A stretch of 64,000 nt of DNA from a virus (taxonomy: Duplodnaviria > Caudoviricetes), in IMG/VR virus record IMGVR_UViG_3300021400_001148, positions 290,810 through 354,809 of that record; one strand, 5' to 3'. A program made the translations under genes and the position numbers. Positions 1-9,621 of the stretch are shown one piece after another; position 1 is the stretch's first letter; every line of letters begins with the position of its first letter. A model generated the notes under the pieces. The model had not been told where the DNA came from and made no database searches. It saw only the letters and a list, made by a program, of their open reading frames with translations.

Positions 1-2
1 CG

Positions 3-383
3 ATGGCAACAATGGGTAAGCCTTCCGTTAAGATGAAAGGTGGTGTCAGTTTCGAGTATGCCATCAGGCTTCTCATCTCTTGCGGTAAGATTGTTACTTC
101 CGGCGTTAAGAAACTGGAGGCGATTGTAAAGGGTGAGAAATACGAATATGGTACAGTAGCACCGATTGCGGTTAAGAAGAATCATCTCCCTTCGCCCTAT
201 AATGTAACAAGAGAAGGTGACCTCTATTGCGTCAATGGTATTATTTCCGAAGATGAGATTGACGAATACAAGAAGAAGATTCTACCAACGATAATCGAGG
301 AACTCAAAAAGGGTGCCGGGTCTGGAAAATTTGAAAACATTTCAGATGATGACATTCAATTTGTAGAGGAAGAAGGGGATTAA
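3..383 (+). CDS. RecA/UvsX-like recombinase, C-terminal part (truncated by window)
   Basis: KGGVSFEYAIRL...IAVKKNH resembles the RecA GG.alkf...R / vKnk motifs; acidic tail. Confidence 0.7.
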   Translation: MATMGKPSVKMKGGVSFEYAIRLLISCGKIVTSGVKKLEAIVKGEKYEYGTVAPIAVKKNHLPSPYNVTREGDLYCVNGIISEDEIDEYKKKILPTIIEELKKGAGSGKFENISDDDIQFVEEEGD

Positions 384-390
384 GTTTTGT

Positions 391-435
391 ATAGAACCGT
401 GGTTGGCAACGCCTTCTACGGTTCTATTGTTTTTT
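391..435 (+). terminator. intrinsic terminator
   Basis: ATAGAACCGTGG/CTACGGTTCTAT stem followed by a T-run. Confidence 0.7.
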
Positions 436-480
436 GCGCCAAGCAAAGATATGAATTAAGAAAAATTTTGTATATTTGCA
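435..480 (+). promoter_or_regulatory. TGCGCC-N30-TATATTTG promoter
   Basis: Bacteroidota -7 element TAnnTTTG at 471-478 with upstream TGCGCC box at 435-440. Confidence 0.75.
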
Positions 481-511
481 ATTGTGTGAAATTATGTGAT
501 ATTTATAAAGA

Positions 512-1741
512 ATGAAACGACTATTTTTATGCATAATATTTCTATTAACTTTTGGAGTAGCCGGGTTCTCACAAGACGCTGTTAGTTCCACGATTGAATT
601 TGTGGTCAACACCAACAGGTTTGTTGAGAACGGGAAGTATTATGATTACAAACAAAAGATAATTCCACTTATTCGGAAGAAGTCTGATGAGATAGAGCAT
701 ATTTATTTAATTGGTTCTGCATCCCCGGAGGGTAATTACGAAGCAAACAGAAGACTGGCAATGGCCAGACTTGACAAGATTTATTCAGAGTTGTCCAGAT
801 ATATCTCAGGGTCTAAGATAACAACAAGTTGTGATTATGAACTTTTTTTGAGAAAAACTGGATATTCAGAAAAGGATTTTCCCCAATTGAGGGCAACTTA
901 CATTGAGGTATGCTTTAAAGAAAAAGAAGAAAAGAAAGATACGGTCCGAGTTGAGAAACGAGATACCGTACAAATCGAAAAACGGGACACTGTTCGTTTG
1001 GAGAAACGAGATACTTTCGAGATAGAGAAGACCATTGAGGTAGTAAAAATAGATACCGTTTTTAGGGAAGCACCGGCAAAGGTTGATACAGTATTTAAGT
1101 ATATTGGCCAAGAACCACAAAGTAAGTGTGATAAACTCGTTTTTTCTGTGGAAACCAATTTGTCTGGAGATTTCATTAAGGCCCCGGGTATAAATGTTGA
1201 GTTTTATTTCAGTCAGCTTTCATTTTTTGCTGAGGGAAATTTTGCAAATACAACTCTTAAGGGAAAGGATTTCAATTTTGATTTGTGGCATACGGGACTT
1301 AGGAAGTACTTCAACGACAACTATGATAAGGTATTCATAGAAGTATATGGAAGAACTGGGTATTTTGATATGGATGTTTTTGGGGATGATTGTGGAAAGT
1401 TTGGAATACCTTTTGGTGTAGGTTTCGGCCTCGGGTATAAATTCAGTTTATGTTCGCATATCAAGATATACCCATTTTTCCGAATAGGGTATGACTATGT
1501 TAAATTTTGTGATTACTACATTTATGACGGTGGAAATGTAGGTGTGTCGTTCAATCAATATGTTGATGGCAAAAATGGGTCGACGGAAACTAAAGCAAAC
1601 GGAGTTACATTTGTCGAAAAAGAAAATAGGGTAATTAGCAAGGAATTTTTTGAAAAAGCAAAAACTGCACATTGGTTCGGGCCAACATACATTGGCTTTA
1701 TGATGCAGTTGGATTTACACAAGAAAAACAAAAATGAATAA
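512..1741 (+). CDS. OmpA-like plus DUF3575-like outer-membrane protein
   Basis: Signal peptide; IGSASPEG..EANRRLA.AR OmpA-like motif; C-terminal beta-barrel-like region with ETNL...WFGPT. Confidence 0.7.
   Translation: MKRLFLCIIFLLTFGVAGFSQDAVSSTIEFVVNTNRFVENGKYYDYKQKIIPLIRKKSDEIEHIYLIGSASPEGNYEANRRLAMARLDKIYSELSRYISGSKITTSCDYELFLRKTGYSEKDFPQLRATYIEVCFKEKEEKKDTVRVEKRDTVQIEKRDTVRLEKRDTFEIEKTIEVVKIDTVFREAPAKVDTVFKYIGQEPQSKCDKLVFSVETNLSGDFIKAPGINVEFYFSQLSFFAEGNFANTTLKGKDFNFDLWHTGLRKYFNDNYDKVFIEVYGRTGYFDMDVFGDDCGKFGIPFGVGFGLGYKFSLCSHIKIYPFFRIGYDYVKFCDYYIYDGGNVGVSFNQYVDGKNGSTETKANGVTFVEKENRVISKEFFEKAKTAHWFGPTYIGFMMQLDLHKKNKNE
932..1030 (+). repeat. 4 x 24-bp in-frame repeat (KRDTVxxE linker)
   Basis: KKDTVRVE KRDTVQIE KRDTVRLE KRDTFEIE. 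Confidence 0.8.
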
Positions 1742-3269
1742 TATGAAAAAGATGTTAAAAAAGATTTTCGCGGCCGCTACGATGGCTGTTTTCCTGATGG
1801 GATGCTCTAAAGTTGAGGGTCCACGCAATACTCAGGTCCCTGTAAATAGCAAGGGTGAATATGCTATTATGTTCACAAAGATGCCTACAAAGGCAAGTGT
1901 TGCTGCATGGTCAACATTTGGTGGCTATGACAAGTTCCAGCTTTTCACTTGGAATGAAGATGAGGCAATTATGAATCCTTTCAAGGTTGAAGGGGAAGGT
2001 AATGAATACAAGTATGAGGGTGTTGACGGCCAGTCACTCCAGTATTTCAAGAAGCAGTATGACACTTATAATTTCATTGGTATTATTCCTGAAGATGCAC
2101 ATGCTACCTTGACAGATACAACTGTTACTGTTACTGGTGTTGAGTCATTTGTAGTTGATGATAAGAGAGTTGAAACTGACATTGTTGCTGATTCTCCAAA
2201 GGAATTTCTTTATGCACAGGCTACTGTTGAAAAAGTAAACTATGGTCATAATGTAACTCTTCCTTTCAAGCATGGTAATGCACTTTTGAAGTTGAGTTTC
2301 AAGTCTGACAAGAGTGATACTGAGCTTTTGGATTATGTCCCAGAAAGAACAACTCCTGGCTCAACAACTCCTAATAAGCAGGAAAGTATATTGGCAGGAA
2401 CTGGTTGGGCAAGAACATCTACTGCTGTTGGTACCGTTATAACACAGGATGACATTGATTATATTAATGGTTTATTCACTTATAATAGCGGTCTTACATT
2501 TACCTATGGTGATGGAGTAGAAATACCTAATACACAAGGATATATTACAGGTTATTTCCAAGAAGCTGAAGGAATTAAAGATTATTTAATTTCAAAATAT
2601 CCAACTCTTGCAGGTTCATCTGATACATTTATGAATTCATTTGCTAATTTCTATCTTATTCATATTGAAAAAAATGGCAATGAAGTTTGTGGATGGTTCT
2701 ATAATAAGAAAAAAGGTGCTACTTCATCAGTAACCACATATACTGAAACAACAACTCCTGGAGCAACAATTCCAGCTATTGAAGGTATTCGTGTATTCTC
2801 TGCTGACTCAACTACTACAGGACTTGTGCATATTGCACACACACTTAATGCAAAAGCTGTTGTAACCCCTGTTACATTTACTTGGGAAGACAGAGTTGCT
2901 GCAACTGATTCTATTCAGTTCTCACTTCCTGCAACAACAGTACTTGCATCAGAACAGTGGTCACCTACTACATTCTATGCAATCCCTGGCGATACTGATT
3001 TGAACTTCTTTGTTGTTAAGTTCAGTTACAAGTATGATGGCACAACAGTATATGATGTAAGAGTACCTCTTAAACTTCCTGTTGGCGGTCTTGCCGCCGG
3101 TAAGTACTATCATTATATCATCAATATCACTTCAACTGGTAATGGTACAAATGACCCGACTGAAGCAGAAGGCGATAAGGATGAGATTGACATTGTAGAC
3201 AATCCTATTGTCGTTACTGTAAGCACAACAGATTACACAGAAGGTACTACTACAACAGTTACCATCTAA
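1734..3269 (+). CDS. fimbrillin (type V pilin, Mfa1/FimA-like) lipoprotein
   Basis: Lipobox LMGC; TKA processing-like motif; LPFKHGNALL; L.AGKYYHYIINI; C-terminal donor-strand-like VTVSTTDY..GTTTTVTI. Confidence 0.75.
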   Translation: MNNMKKMLKKIFAAATMAVFLMGCSKVEGPRNTQVPVNSKGEYAIMFTKMPTKASVAAWSTFGGYDKFQLFTWNEDEAIMNPFKVEGEGNEYKYEGVDGQSLQYFKKQYDTYNFIGIIPEDAHATLTDTTVTVTGVESFVVDDKRVETDIVADSPKEFLYAQATVEKVNYGHNVTLPFKHGNALLKLSFKSDKSDTELLDYVPERTTPGSTTPNKQESILAGTGWARTSTAVGTVITQDDIDYINGLFTYNSGLTFTYGDGVEIPNTQGYITGYFQEAEGIKDYLISKYPTLAGSSDTFMNSFANFYLIHIEKNGNEVCGWFYNKKKGATSSVTTYTETTTPGATIPAIEGIRVFSADSTTTGLVHIAHTLNAKAVVTPVTFTWEDRVAATDSIQFSLPATTVLASEQWSPTTFYAIPGDTDLNFFVVKFSYKYDGTTVYDVRVPLKLPVGGLAAGKYYHYIINITSTGNGTNDPTEAEGDKDEIDIVDNPIVVTVSTTDYTEGTTTTVTI

Positions 3270-3288
3270 AAATTACTCAAGTATGGAT

Positions 3289-3327
3289 AAAATAAAGAGA
3301 TGGAAAAAATTCATCTCTTTATTTTTT
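3289..3327 (+). terminator. intrinsic terminator
   Basis: AAAATAAAGAGATG/CATCTCTTTATTTT inverted repeat. Confidence 0.7.
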
Positions 3328-3341
3328 CTATATTGTATTAA

Positions 3342-4127
3342 ATGTATGATTTAAATATGATTAAAAAAATTTTAGCATCAATCGTTATTGGTATCAGTTT
3401 ATTGTGTTCATGCAGTAAACAAGAAGTTTATGAAAGTAAACAAGAATTGGTTAATGTAACATTAAACTATTCTTTGCAAGAAGGTAGTATGTACACTACT
3501 AAATCAGATATATTTCAAGATGTGTTTTATGCACAAATTATATCCAAGGATTTAGTTGCAGAACATTATAGTATCAAATTAGTAGAAACAACAACCGGAG
3601 AAACATATTCTTTAGGAGGTAATTGGAAATCAAGTGATATGTTTACTCTTAAAACGGGCAAATATAAAGTAACAGGTAAAAGTACCGGGTATGGTGCTTA
3701 TATACAAAGTAAGTGTTCTTTAAAATTTGATACTGAAATAGAAATAAAAAGTTCTGATAGTATTGTTACGATTCCCGCACAATATGATTGCTTTTTACTC
3801 ATCTTTAGTAAAGATAATGTTCGCAGTGTAGAGTGCTATTATGATAGTTCAAATGATAATACATATTCTTCATCTGAATCAGCCGGACAATTTAATGTAT
3901 TAGATAAATATTTTTATGCCTTCTCTAATAAATTATATAGAGATAATGCTAAAAATCCAGCATTAATGATAACATTAAATACCATGTATAAAAATGGTAC
4001 CTATGACAGTTATAATAGAAGTTGGCTTTACACAAAAACAATTAATTTTGAAATAGGCAAATACTACTTATACAATCCAATTGATAATAATTTCACAATA
4101 CCTCAAATGGAGCAGGGAAATATTTAA
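3342..4127 (+). CDS. lipoprotein, possible pilin or ancillary subunit
   Basis: Lipobox LLCSC; TKS motif; C-terminal FEIGKYY; adjacent to the fimbrillin. Confidence 0.55.
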   Translation: MYDLNMIKKILASIVIGISLLCSCSKQEVYESKQELVNVTLNYSLQEGSMYTTKSDIFQDVFYAQIISKDLVAEHYSIKLVETTTGETYSLGGNWKSSDMFTLKTGKYKVTGKSTGYGAYIQSKCSLKFDTEIEIKSSDSIVTIPAQYDCFLLIFSKDNVRSVECYYDSSNDNTYSSSESAGQFNVLDKYFYAFSNKLYRDNAKNPALMITLNTMYKNGTYDSYNRSWLYTKTINFEIGKYYLYNPIDNNFTIPQMEQGNI

Positions 4128-4137
4128 TTAAACAAAT

Positions 4138-4164
4138 ATCCCCGGGGCGAAAACCTCGGGGATT
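4138..4164. terminator. terminator between convergent genes
   Basis: ATCCCCGGGG/CCTCGGGGAT hairpin. Confidence 0.65.
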
Positions 4165-4187
4165 GTTGTTTATAAAAGTTTGAAAAA

Positions 4188-4730
4188 TTACTTTTTGAGT
4201 TGTTCGTTGATTACTTCTTTCACTACTTTGTTGATAAGTGACTCGTTTACACCATGGAATTTATTGAACCTCTGGAATGCCGGCTTAATGGTTGTGTCGT
4301 AATCAGTGAACCTTTCTCTTGGGTCAATGTTGGGATATTCATCAAGGCCCGGTTCAAGAGAGTTATCATAGACAATGGGGTCATCAGCATCCATTCCGGG
4401 ACGGTAGTGAATCTGGTTGTCGCCCTCAGTCGCATCAAGTGTGCGGAGGTCGCTGTGAACATGGAGGCGAGGGTCACCAAGTTCATCTTCAAGCCCCTGA
4501 GCAGCGTATTTCCTGAAATCATCTCTTTGTCTCTGTTTTCTGGCTTTAATATCAGCGAGTGGGCCTTCTGGTTTACGACCGAAATTTTTAGCCTTGTCAT
4601 TAGCCACATCAGCAGCGTGCTTCATAAATTCAGGAGAGAGTTCATCAACTTCCTCTTTGAGAACCTTAAGGGCTGCCCTACTAACAAGGGCTTTAAGCAT
4701 ATTTTCATTAAGTTTGATACTCTTTGCCAT
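4188..4730 (-). CDS. putative head-associated protein with LNE helix motif
   Basis: IKLNENMLKALV...VLKEE and VNESLINKVVKEVINE; TATTTATA upstream. Confidence 0.6.
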   Translation of the reverse strand: MAKSIKLNENMLKALVSRAALKVLKEEVDELSPEFMKHAADVANDKAKNFGRKPEGPLADIKARKQRQRDDFRKYAAQGLEDELGDPRLHVHSDLRTLDATEGDNQIHYRPGMDADDPIVYDNSLEPGLDEYPNIDPRERFTDYDTTIKPAFQRFNKFHGVNESLINKVVKEVINEQLKK

Positions 4731-4767
4731 AATCTGCAATATTTTATTATAAATAGTTGTTTTTTAG

Positions 4768-6366
4768 TTAAAATATGTTAATTTCGGGATATCTTTCGCG
4801 GCTGTAAGGTACAAATCCTTCTTTATCATTCCAAATGTAAAAGATTTGTGAGGAATAGTCTCTGGTTCCACAAACGCTGGCGATATCTTCCGGCCGCTCT
4901 ATTCGTTCTGCCTTATATGTAAAATTATATACATTAATCCTCACCTTTTCATCGCCAAAAAGATTGTTTTCCACAACATTTAAATCTGTTGAGGTGCAAT
5001 CTTCGAAGAGGAACATACCACTCCAGTCATCATCAATGTTCCATTGGTCACAGGTACAGTTTGTTATGTTAAATGTAACTCCGGTTGCATTGGTGCAATT
5101 GGAAAATCTAAAACAATTGGACACTTGTGCAAAGTGGACATTATTTATATTGATGATAGCATCATTTTGTACCCCGTAAATTATAATTGGAATATTTTCG
5201 AACCTGTTCCCAAACTCACAATTCTCTATGAGAATGTTCGCCGGCTGTTTTTGAAGCCCAATTTCAATGGCGTTGTAAGCAGTTCCGGTGGCCGGCGTGT
5301 TGAATTTGAGATGTTTCAGAGTGACATCCCCCGGAGTGTTGATTGACACGACGGTATTACCACCCTGCCTTCTTGGGAAATCTCCCTCAAAGTCTGTGGA
5401 TTTCACGATAATATCCTCATTACCACTCAGTGCTATGCGAGCATTGTTTGTGATAGTACTATTTTTGATAGTGATAGTAGGAGCAGTGATTTTAGCGTTA
5501 CTATTAATCGGGCCCGTTATGAGCAGGTCCTTGTCCGATGTTATGTTTCCGGTGACAGTAGTTTCATCAAGCCCCTTTACTATGAGGTTCTCTATTTTGT
5601 TTTCAGCAACCTTCAACCGTTCTGACAACATAGCGAAATCCGTTGAGGACGGGACTTCAGAGAGAAAATCCTCAACATATGATAGTCGTTTTTCATCCTC
5701 TTCCTGTCTTTCCAGAATGCTCGAAATTTCCTCTGTTATTCCAGAAATTTCAGCATCGACATAATCAATGAGAAAATCTGTCATCCCGGTCATTCCCGAA
5801 ACAATGGTGTCATAGACTTCACTCAGACCGGAAACAAACTCGTCATATGTCACAAATCCACTGACTCCGGATGTTATGTTTTCGAGGGTTTCAACTCTAT
5901 CGACTAGGCCCTCGAACTCTTCGTTTGCAACTGTATCAGTTGTACCAAGATATATCCACGAACCGTCAGCAAAAACATATTTTTTATAGAAGACTTCTTC
6001 TTCAATGCTATATTCTACGAGGTAAAGTATATTTTCTTTTCCTTCATCCGGAAGTACATCTACATATTTTTTCGGACGGAAGAAAAGTTCATTACAGTCG
6101 TCCTTAGTGTAGAAGTTCTCGTAGATTCTTTCCAAAATCTTTTCAGCAGTCTCACGGACATATTCTTTATCTGCTTTGGATGCTTCCAGAATCCTGAGTA
6201 TGTTTTGGGTATCACGGAGTATGGTCTGTATCTCCTTGATGCTTTTATCTTGGCGTTTATCTGTCTCCCCGTCTTTTTTGGATGCGGCTATGAGGCTCTC
6301 GATTTTCTTCAAGAGTTCAGCACATTTCGATTCCAACGGGTCTATTTCTGTGTATTGTTTTAACAT
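4768..6366 (-). CDS. fibre/spike-like protein: coiled coil plus C-terminal beta-helix-like domain
   Basis: Heptad-rich N-terminal half; I/N-rich repeats (IENCEF, INNVHF, ITNCT). Confidence 0.5.
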   Translation of the reverse strand: MLKQYTEIDPLESKCAELLKKIESLIAASKKDGETDKRQDKSIKEIQTILRDTQNILRILEASKADKEYVRETAEKILERIYENFYTKDDCNELFFRPKKYVDVLPDEGKENILYLVEYSIEEEVFYKKYVFADGSWIYLGTTDTVANEEFEGLVDRVETLENITSGVSGFVTYDEFVSGLSEVYDTIVSGMTGMTDFLIDYVDAEISGITEEISSILERQEEDEKRLSYVEDFLSEVPSSTDFAMLSERLKVAENKIENLIVKGLDETTVTGNITSDKDLLITGPINSNAKITAPTITIKNSTITNNARIALSGNEDIIVKSTDFEGDFPRRQGGNTVVSINTPGDVTLKHLKFNTPATGTAYNAIEIGLQKQPANILIENCEFGNRFENIPIIIYGVQNDAIININNVHFAQVSNCFRFSNCTNATGVTFNITNCTCDQWNIDDDWSGMFLFEDCTSTDLNVVENNLFGDEKVRINVYNFTYKAERIERPEDIASVCGTRDYSSQIFYIWNDKEGFVPYSRERYPEINIF

Positions 6367-7400
6367 TATGCTTTTTTAACTGTGTAAATTTTATGCTCGC
6401 CTTCTTCTGTCATTACCGTAGTGTACCCTTCTGCAAGAAAACTGGTGTTTGGGCCTTCTGCTGTATTGTTCCCGGGGTCAAAATCATAGAACTTACCACC
6501 GGAGACAATGATTTTGGCATTACCGGCTTTGTAGTTAGCGTCTTTGCAGTTGAGAAGATAACGACTGTCGTTTCCATTGCTTTTGAAAATACCGCCAGTG
6601 ATGTAAATCGTTCCATTTTCACAGTAAATACACTCAGCCCCGTCGTTGTTTGAAAGATAGGTTGTAGTATTTCCGGTCAGGTGTACCTCGGATGTGACGC
6701 TGGAACACCAAATAACTGGTGCCGGGGCAGTGCATTCAAAAGTACCCTTTCCGCCCATATTGAAAACTTTGCTACCACGGACGAGAACAGCGGGGAAAGA
6801 AGACCTTCCAAGTGTAAGATTATGCCCATTGAGATTGTATGTACTTGTACCCGTTGCGAAAATACCGTATCCGACATTGGTTCCCAGAGACACATCTTCA
6901 GTGAGTTTAATGGTTCCAGTTTTAAGCATATCACTCTTGAAGGTTTCCTCGGAAACTTCCCAAGTTGTTTTAGGGGACAGGTCAGCGACAACGGCTTTAA
7001 GAGCAAGATAATCTTTGTTAAGGGCAGCGTACTTAGCCTCAAGGTTGCTGATAGTTGAAAGGAGTTCTTCTTTTGATGCAACAATACTACTTTCCGTTTC
7101 TTCAATTTTTTCATCCACTTCACTCTTATTATAGGTATTGGAGATAGAGGTGGTGTTTTCGTTTATAGCCTCAGTGTTTTCGTCAATGGATTTGGTATTT
7201 TCAGCAATGTCTCTTGTGTTTTTGGCGATGTCCTTCGTGTTTTTCTTAATGTTTTCTTGGTTGGTCTTACTACGCTTGTCTACCTCTTCGTTGATTACCG
7301 AACTGGCAGAAATGTTGTCCATTATAACAGTTGAAAGACTTTCGATTGGTTCTGGCTTAAGAGAATACCTGTATCCGTTCAGAGGGTTTGAATTTTCCAT
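6366..7400 (-). CDS. fibre-like protein: heptad repeats plus adhesin-like C-terminus
   Basis: NTKDIAKNTRDIAENTKSIDENT heptads; ITGGIF...VSGGKFYDFDP...LAEGY. Confidence 0.5.
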   Translation of the reverse strand: MENSNPLNGYRYSLKPEPIESLSTVIMDNISASSVINEEVDKRSKTNQENIKKNTKDIAKNTRDIAENTKSIDENTEAINENTTSISNTYNKSEVDEKIEETESSIVASKEELLSTISNLEAKYAALNKDYLALKAVVADLSPKTTWEVSEETFKSDMLKTGTIKLTEDVSLGTNVGYGIFATGTSTYNLNGHNLTLGRSSFPAVLVRGSKVFNMGGKGTFECTAPAPVIWCSSVTSEVHLTGNTTTYLSNNDGAECIYCENGTIYITGGIFKSNGNDSRYLLNCKDANYKAGNAKIIVSGGKFYDFDPGNNTAEGPNTSFLAEGYTTVMTEEGEHKIYTVKKA

Positions 7401-7462
7401 AACTTTTTCTTTTAACATAAATATCACTCCTTTTTTGTATATTTGCTAAAAAATAAGACAAA

Positions 7463-8674
7463 ATGCCACAACCGGTAAGAAATAAAATAAAGGAAGTTCA
7501 CGGAGAAAATCTGGGAAAAAAATCAATCTTCACGCTGCTTATTGACGGCAATTCACTTTTGAAAGTCTGTATGCGGGATGAGACAGTCAACACCAAAGGA
7601 GAGCATGTTGGCGGTATTTTCCAGTTTCTTGTTCAGTTGAAGAAACTTATGAACCAGCGCGACTGGGATTATGTATACAGTTTTTTCGATGATACATACT
7701 CCGGACTGCTTAGGTATAGAATTTATCCCGAATACAAATCCAATCGTGATAAAAAGTATGCTGATTACGGAAAAGATGAGGGACTTTCAGACTATATGAA
7801 GGCATACAATGCCAGACTGTCTTCTATGGTCAAACACTTGAAGAAAAAACAGTATGAAAAGGATGTAAAAGCAGGTAAAGAACTTTCTCAAAAAGAGGTG
7901 GAGGATGCTAATTTTGAAAGGGAAAGACAAAGGCTTTTGGAATATCTCAACGAACTGTATGTAAGATGGATTATGGATAGTGAAGGTACTGAGGCAGATG
8001 ATTTGATAGCATATTATATCAAACACAAGAAGCCGGAGGAAAAGATTGTGATAGTCTCAACAGATATGGACCTCACCCAGCTTATTTCTGATGATGTCTA
8101 TATTTTCAATCCCCATCTGCATAAAAACATAACCTCGCTCAATTTCAAAAAAGAGTTTGGGTATCCTTATCAAAATGTGGTGACAAAGAAAATACTGTGC
8201 GGCGATATTTCGGATAACATCAGTAACATTTCCCTTCTTAGTGAAAACAAACTTTTCGAGATAATGCCTGAAATGAAAGAAAGGCCGGTCACTGTTGAGG
8301 AAGTTAAGGCAAGGGCTAAGGAACTTATAGATGCAAGAATTAGGGAAAAAAAGAAGCCGTTAAAGGTTTGTGAAAATATAGTGAATGGTGTCGGAAATAA
8401 AGAGTATAACGGTGACTATTACGAAATAAGCCGGAAACTTATAGACCTCAGTGAGCCTATGCTCACGCCGGCAGCAAAGGAGGAAATTGACAATACTATG
8501 TATGCCCCGCAAGATTCGAGTGAAAGGTCTTTCAAAAATCTTTACAACATGATATTGGCAGACGGCATCGTGGGACTTAAAAATGAACAGCACTTTTCAT
8601 CGTTCTTTTCATCCTTCACCTCTTTTATCGGGAAAGAGGAACAGCGGTACAAAAATTATCTGAAAGGGCTTTAA
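7463..8674 (+). CDS. 5'-3' exonuclease / T4 RNase H-like flap nuclease
   Basis: LLIDGNSL, YKSNR, EADDLIA, STDMDLTQL, GDISDNI. Confidence 0.9.
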   Translation: MPQPVRNKIKEVHGENLGKKSIFTLLIDGNSLLKVCMRDETVNTKGEHVGGIFQFLVQLKKLMNQRDWDYVYSFFDDTYSGLLRYRIYPEYKSNRDKKYADYGKDEGLSDYMKAYNARLSSMVKHLKKKQYEKDVKAGKELSQKEVEDANFERERQRLLEYLNELYVRWIMDSEGTEADDLIAYYIKHKKPEEKIVIVSTDMDLTQLISDDVYIFNPHLHKNITSLNFKKEFGYPYQNVVTKKILCGDISDNISNISLLSENKLFEIMPEMKERPVTVEEVKARAKELIDARIREKKKPLKVCENIVNGVGNKEYNGDYYEISRKLIDLSEPMLTPAAKEEIDNTMYAPQDSSERSFKNLYNMILADGIVGLKNEQHFSSFFSSFTSFIGKEEQRYKNYLKGL

Positions 8675-8745
8675 AAGTGAAAAACATTTTGTATATTTGC
8701 AAAGGGAAAAGAGGAACTTTTGTTTAACCTAACATTAATTTTTTA

Positions 8746-9558
8746 ATGAGAGAAACATTTGAAGCACCTCAGAAGAGAGAGGTGAAGAAAGAGAGGTTTG
8801 AGTTTGAACTCACCGTCAACGGCAATATCATTTGCCAAAGGTATTTTAGGATTAACAACTTCAAGGAGCAGTCGTTCTACTCGCTTGAATTCGTGGACGC
8901 GGTTGAGGAGTCAGTGAACCTCATTAAGGAGAGCCTTGTGGAGAAGTCTAAGATTTATATGGACCATATGGCACCAAGGATTTTCAAAAGCGAGGAAGAG
9001 CTCCGCAACTATATATACAATGCTGATGGCACAATAAATCAGCGGCATGCTGATGGCATTGGGTTCGGCCGGCATATTATTGTCAAGGGCAATCCCGGGC
9101 ATGATTATGTGTGGGCCGACAAACTGGTTGACGAAGGCCCGAGGAAACCGGAAGATTTTAACGAGTTCGTCGACAAGGACAATGAACAGGATGTTGTCTT
9201 TAAGTTTGCTGTAATTGACAACGGTCCTAAACTTAACAAACGCCGCGAAGTCGCTTCCACTATCTGGGATGGAAGTCAGTATCCCCGTTTCGTAAGGAAT
9301 GGCGTTGACCTTTCCAATGGTCGTGGAAAGTATGACAATTTTGACCTTTCCCGTGCGTCACACGAGATGAGTCTTTATTACTGGTGCAATGTTGGTCAGC
9401 CAGACCTCGTTCCGATTATCATCAGGAACATCTGTGAGGCCTGCTCCCTCAATGGAAAGGATGCTTATACCACAGAAATGGAGTACGGGGACACGGTTTA
9501 CAACAACCTTCCCGAATACCCCACTGAGAATGTGGAGTATCCTTACAAGAAAAACTAA
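8746..9558 (+). CDS. hypothetical protein
   Basis: Long ORF with its own TATATTTG promoter. Confidence 0.7.
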   Translation: MRETFEAPQKREVKKERFEFELTVNGNIICQRYFRINNFKEQSFYSLEFVDAVEESVNLIKESLVEKSKIYMDHMAPRIFKSEEELRNYIYNADGTINQRHADGIGFGRHIIVKGNPGHDYVWADKLVDEGPRKPEDFNEFVDKDNEQDVVFKFAVIDNGPKLNKRREVASTIWDGSQYPRFVRNGVDLSNGRGKYDNFDLSRASHEMSLYYWCNVGQPDLVPIIIRNICEACSLNGKDAYTTEMEYGDTVYNNLPEYPTENVEYPYKKN

Positions 9559-9621
9559 TCCTATTTAAATAAGGAAAAACCCCAGACTGATTACAGCCTG
9601 GGTGCTTTTTAATACTTTTTA

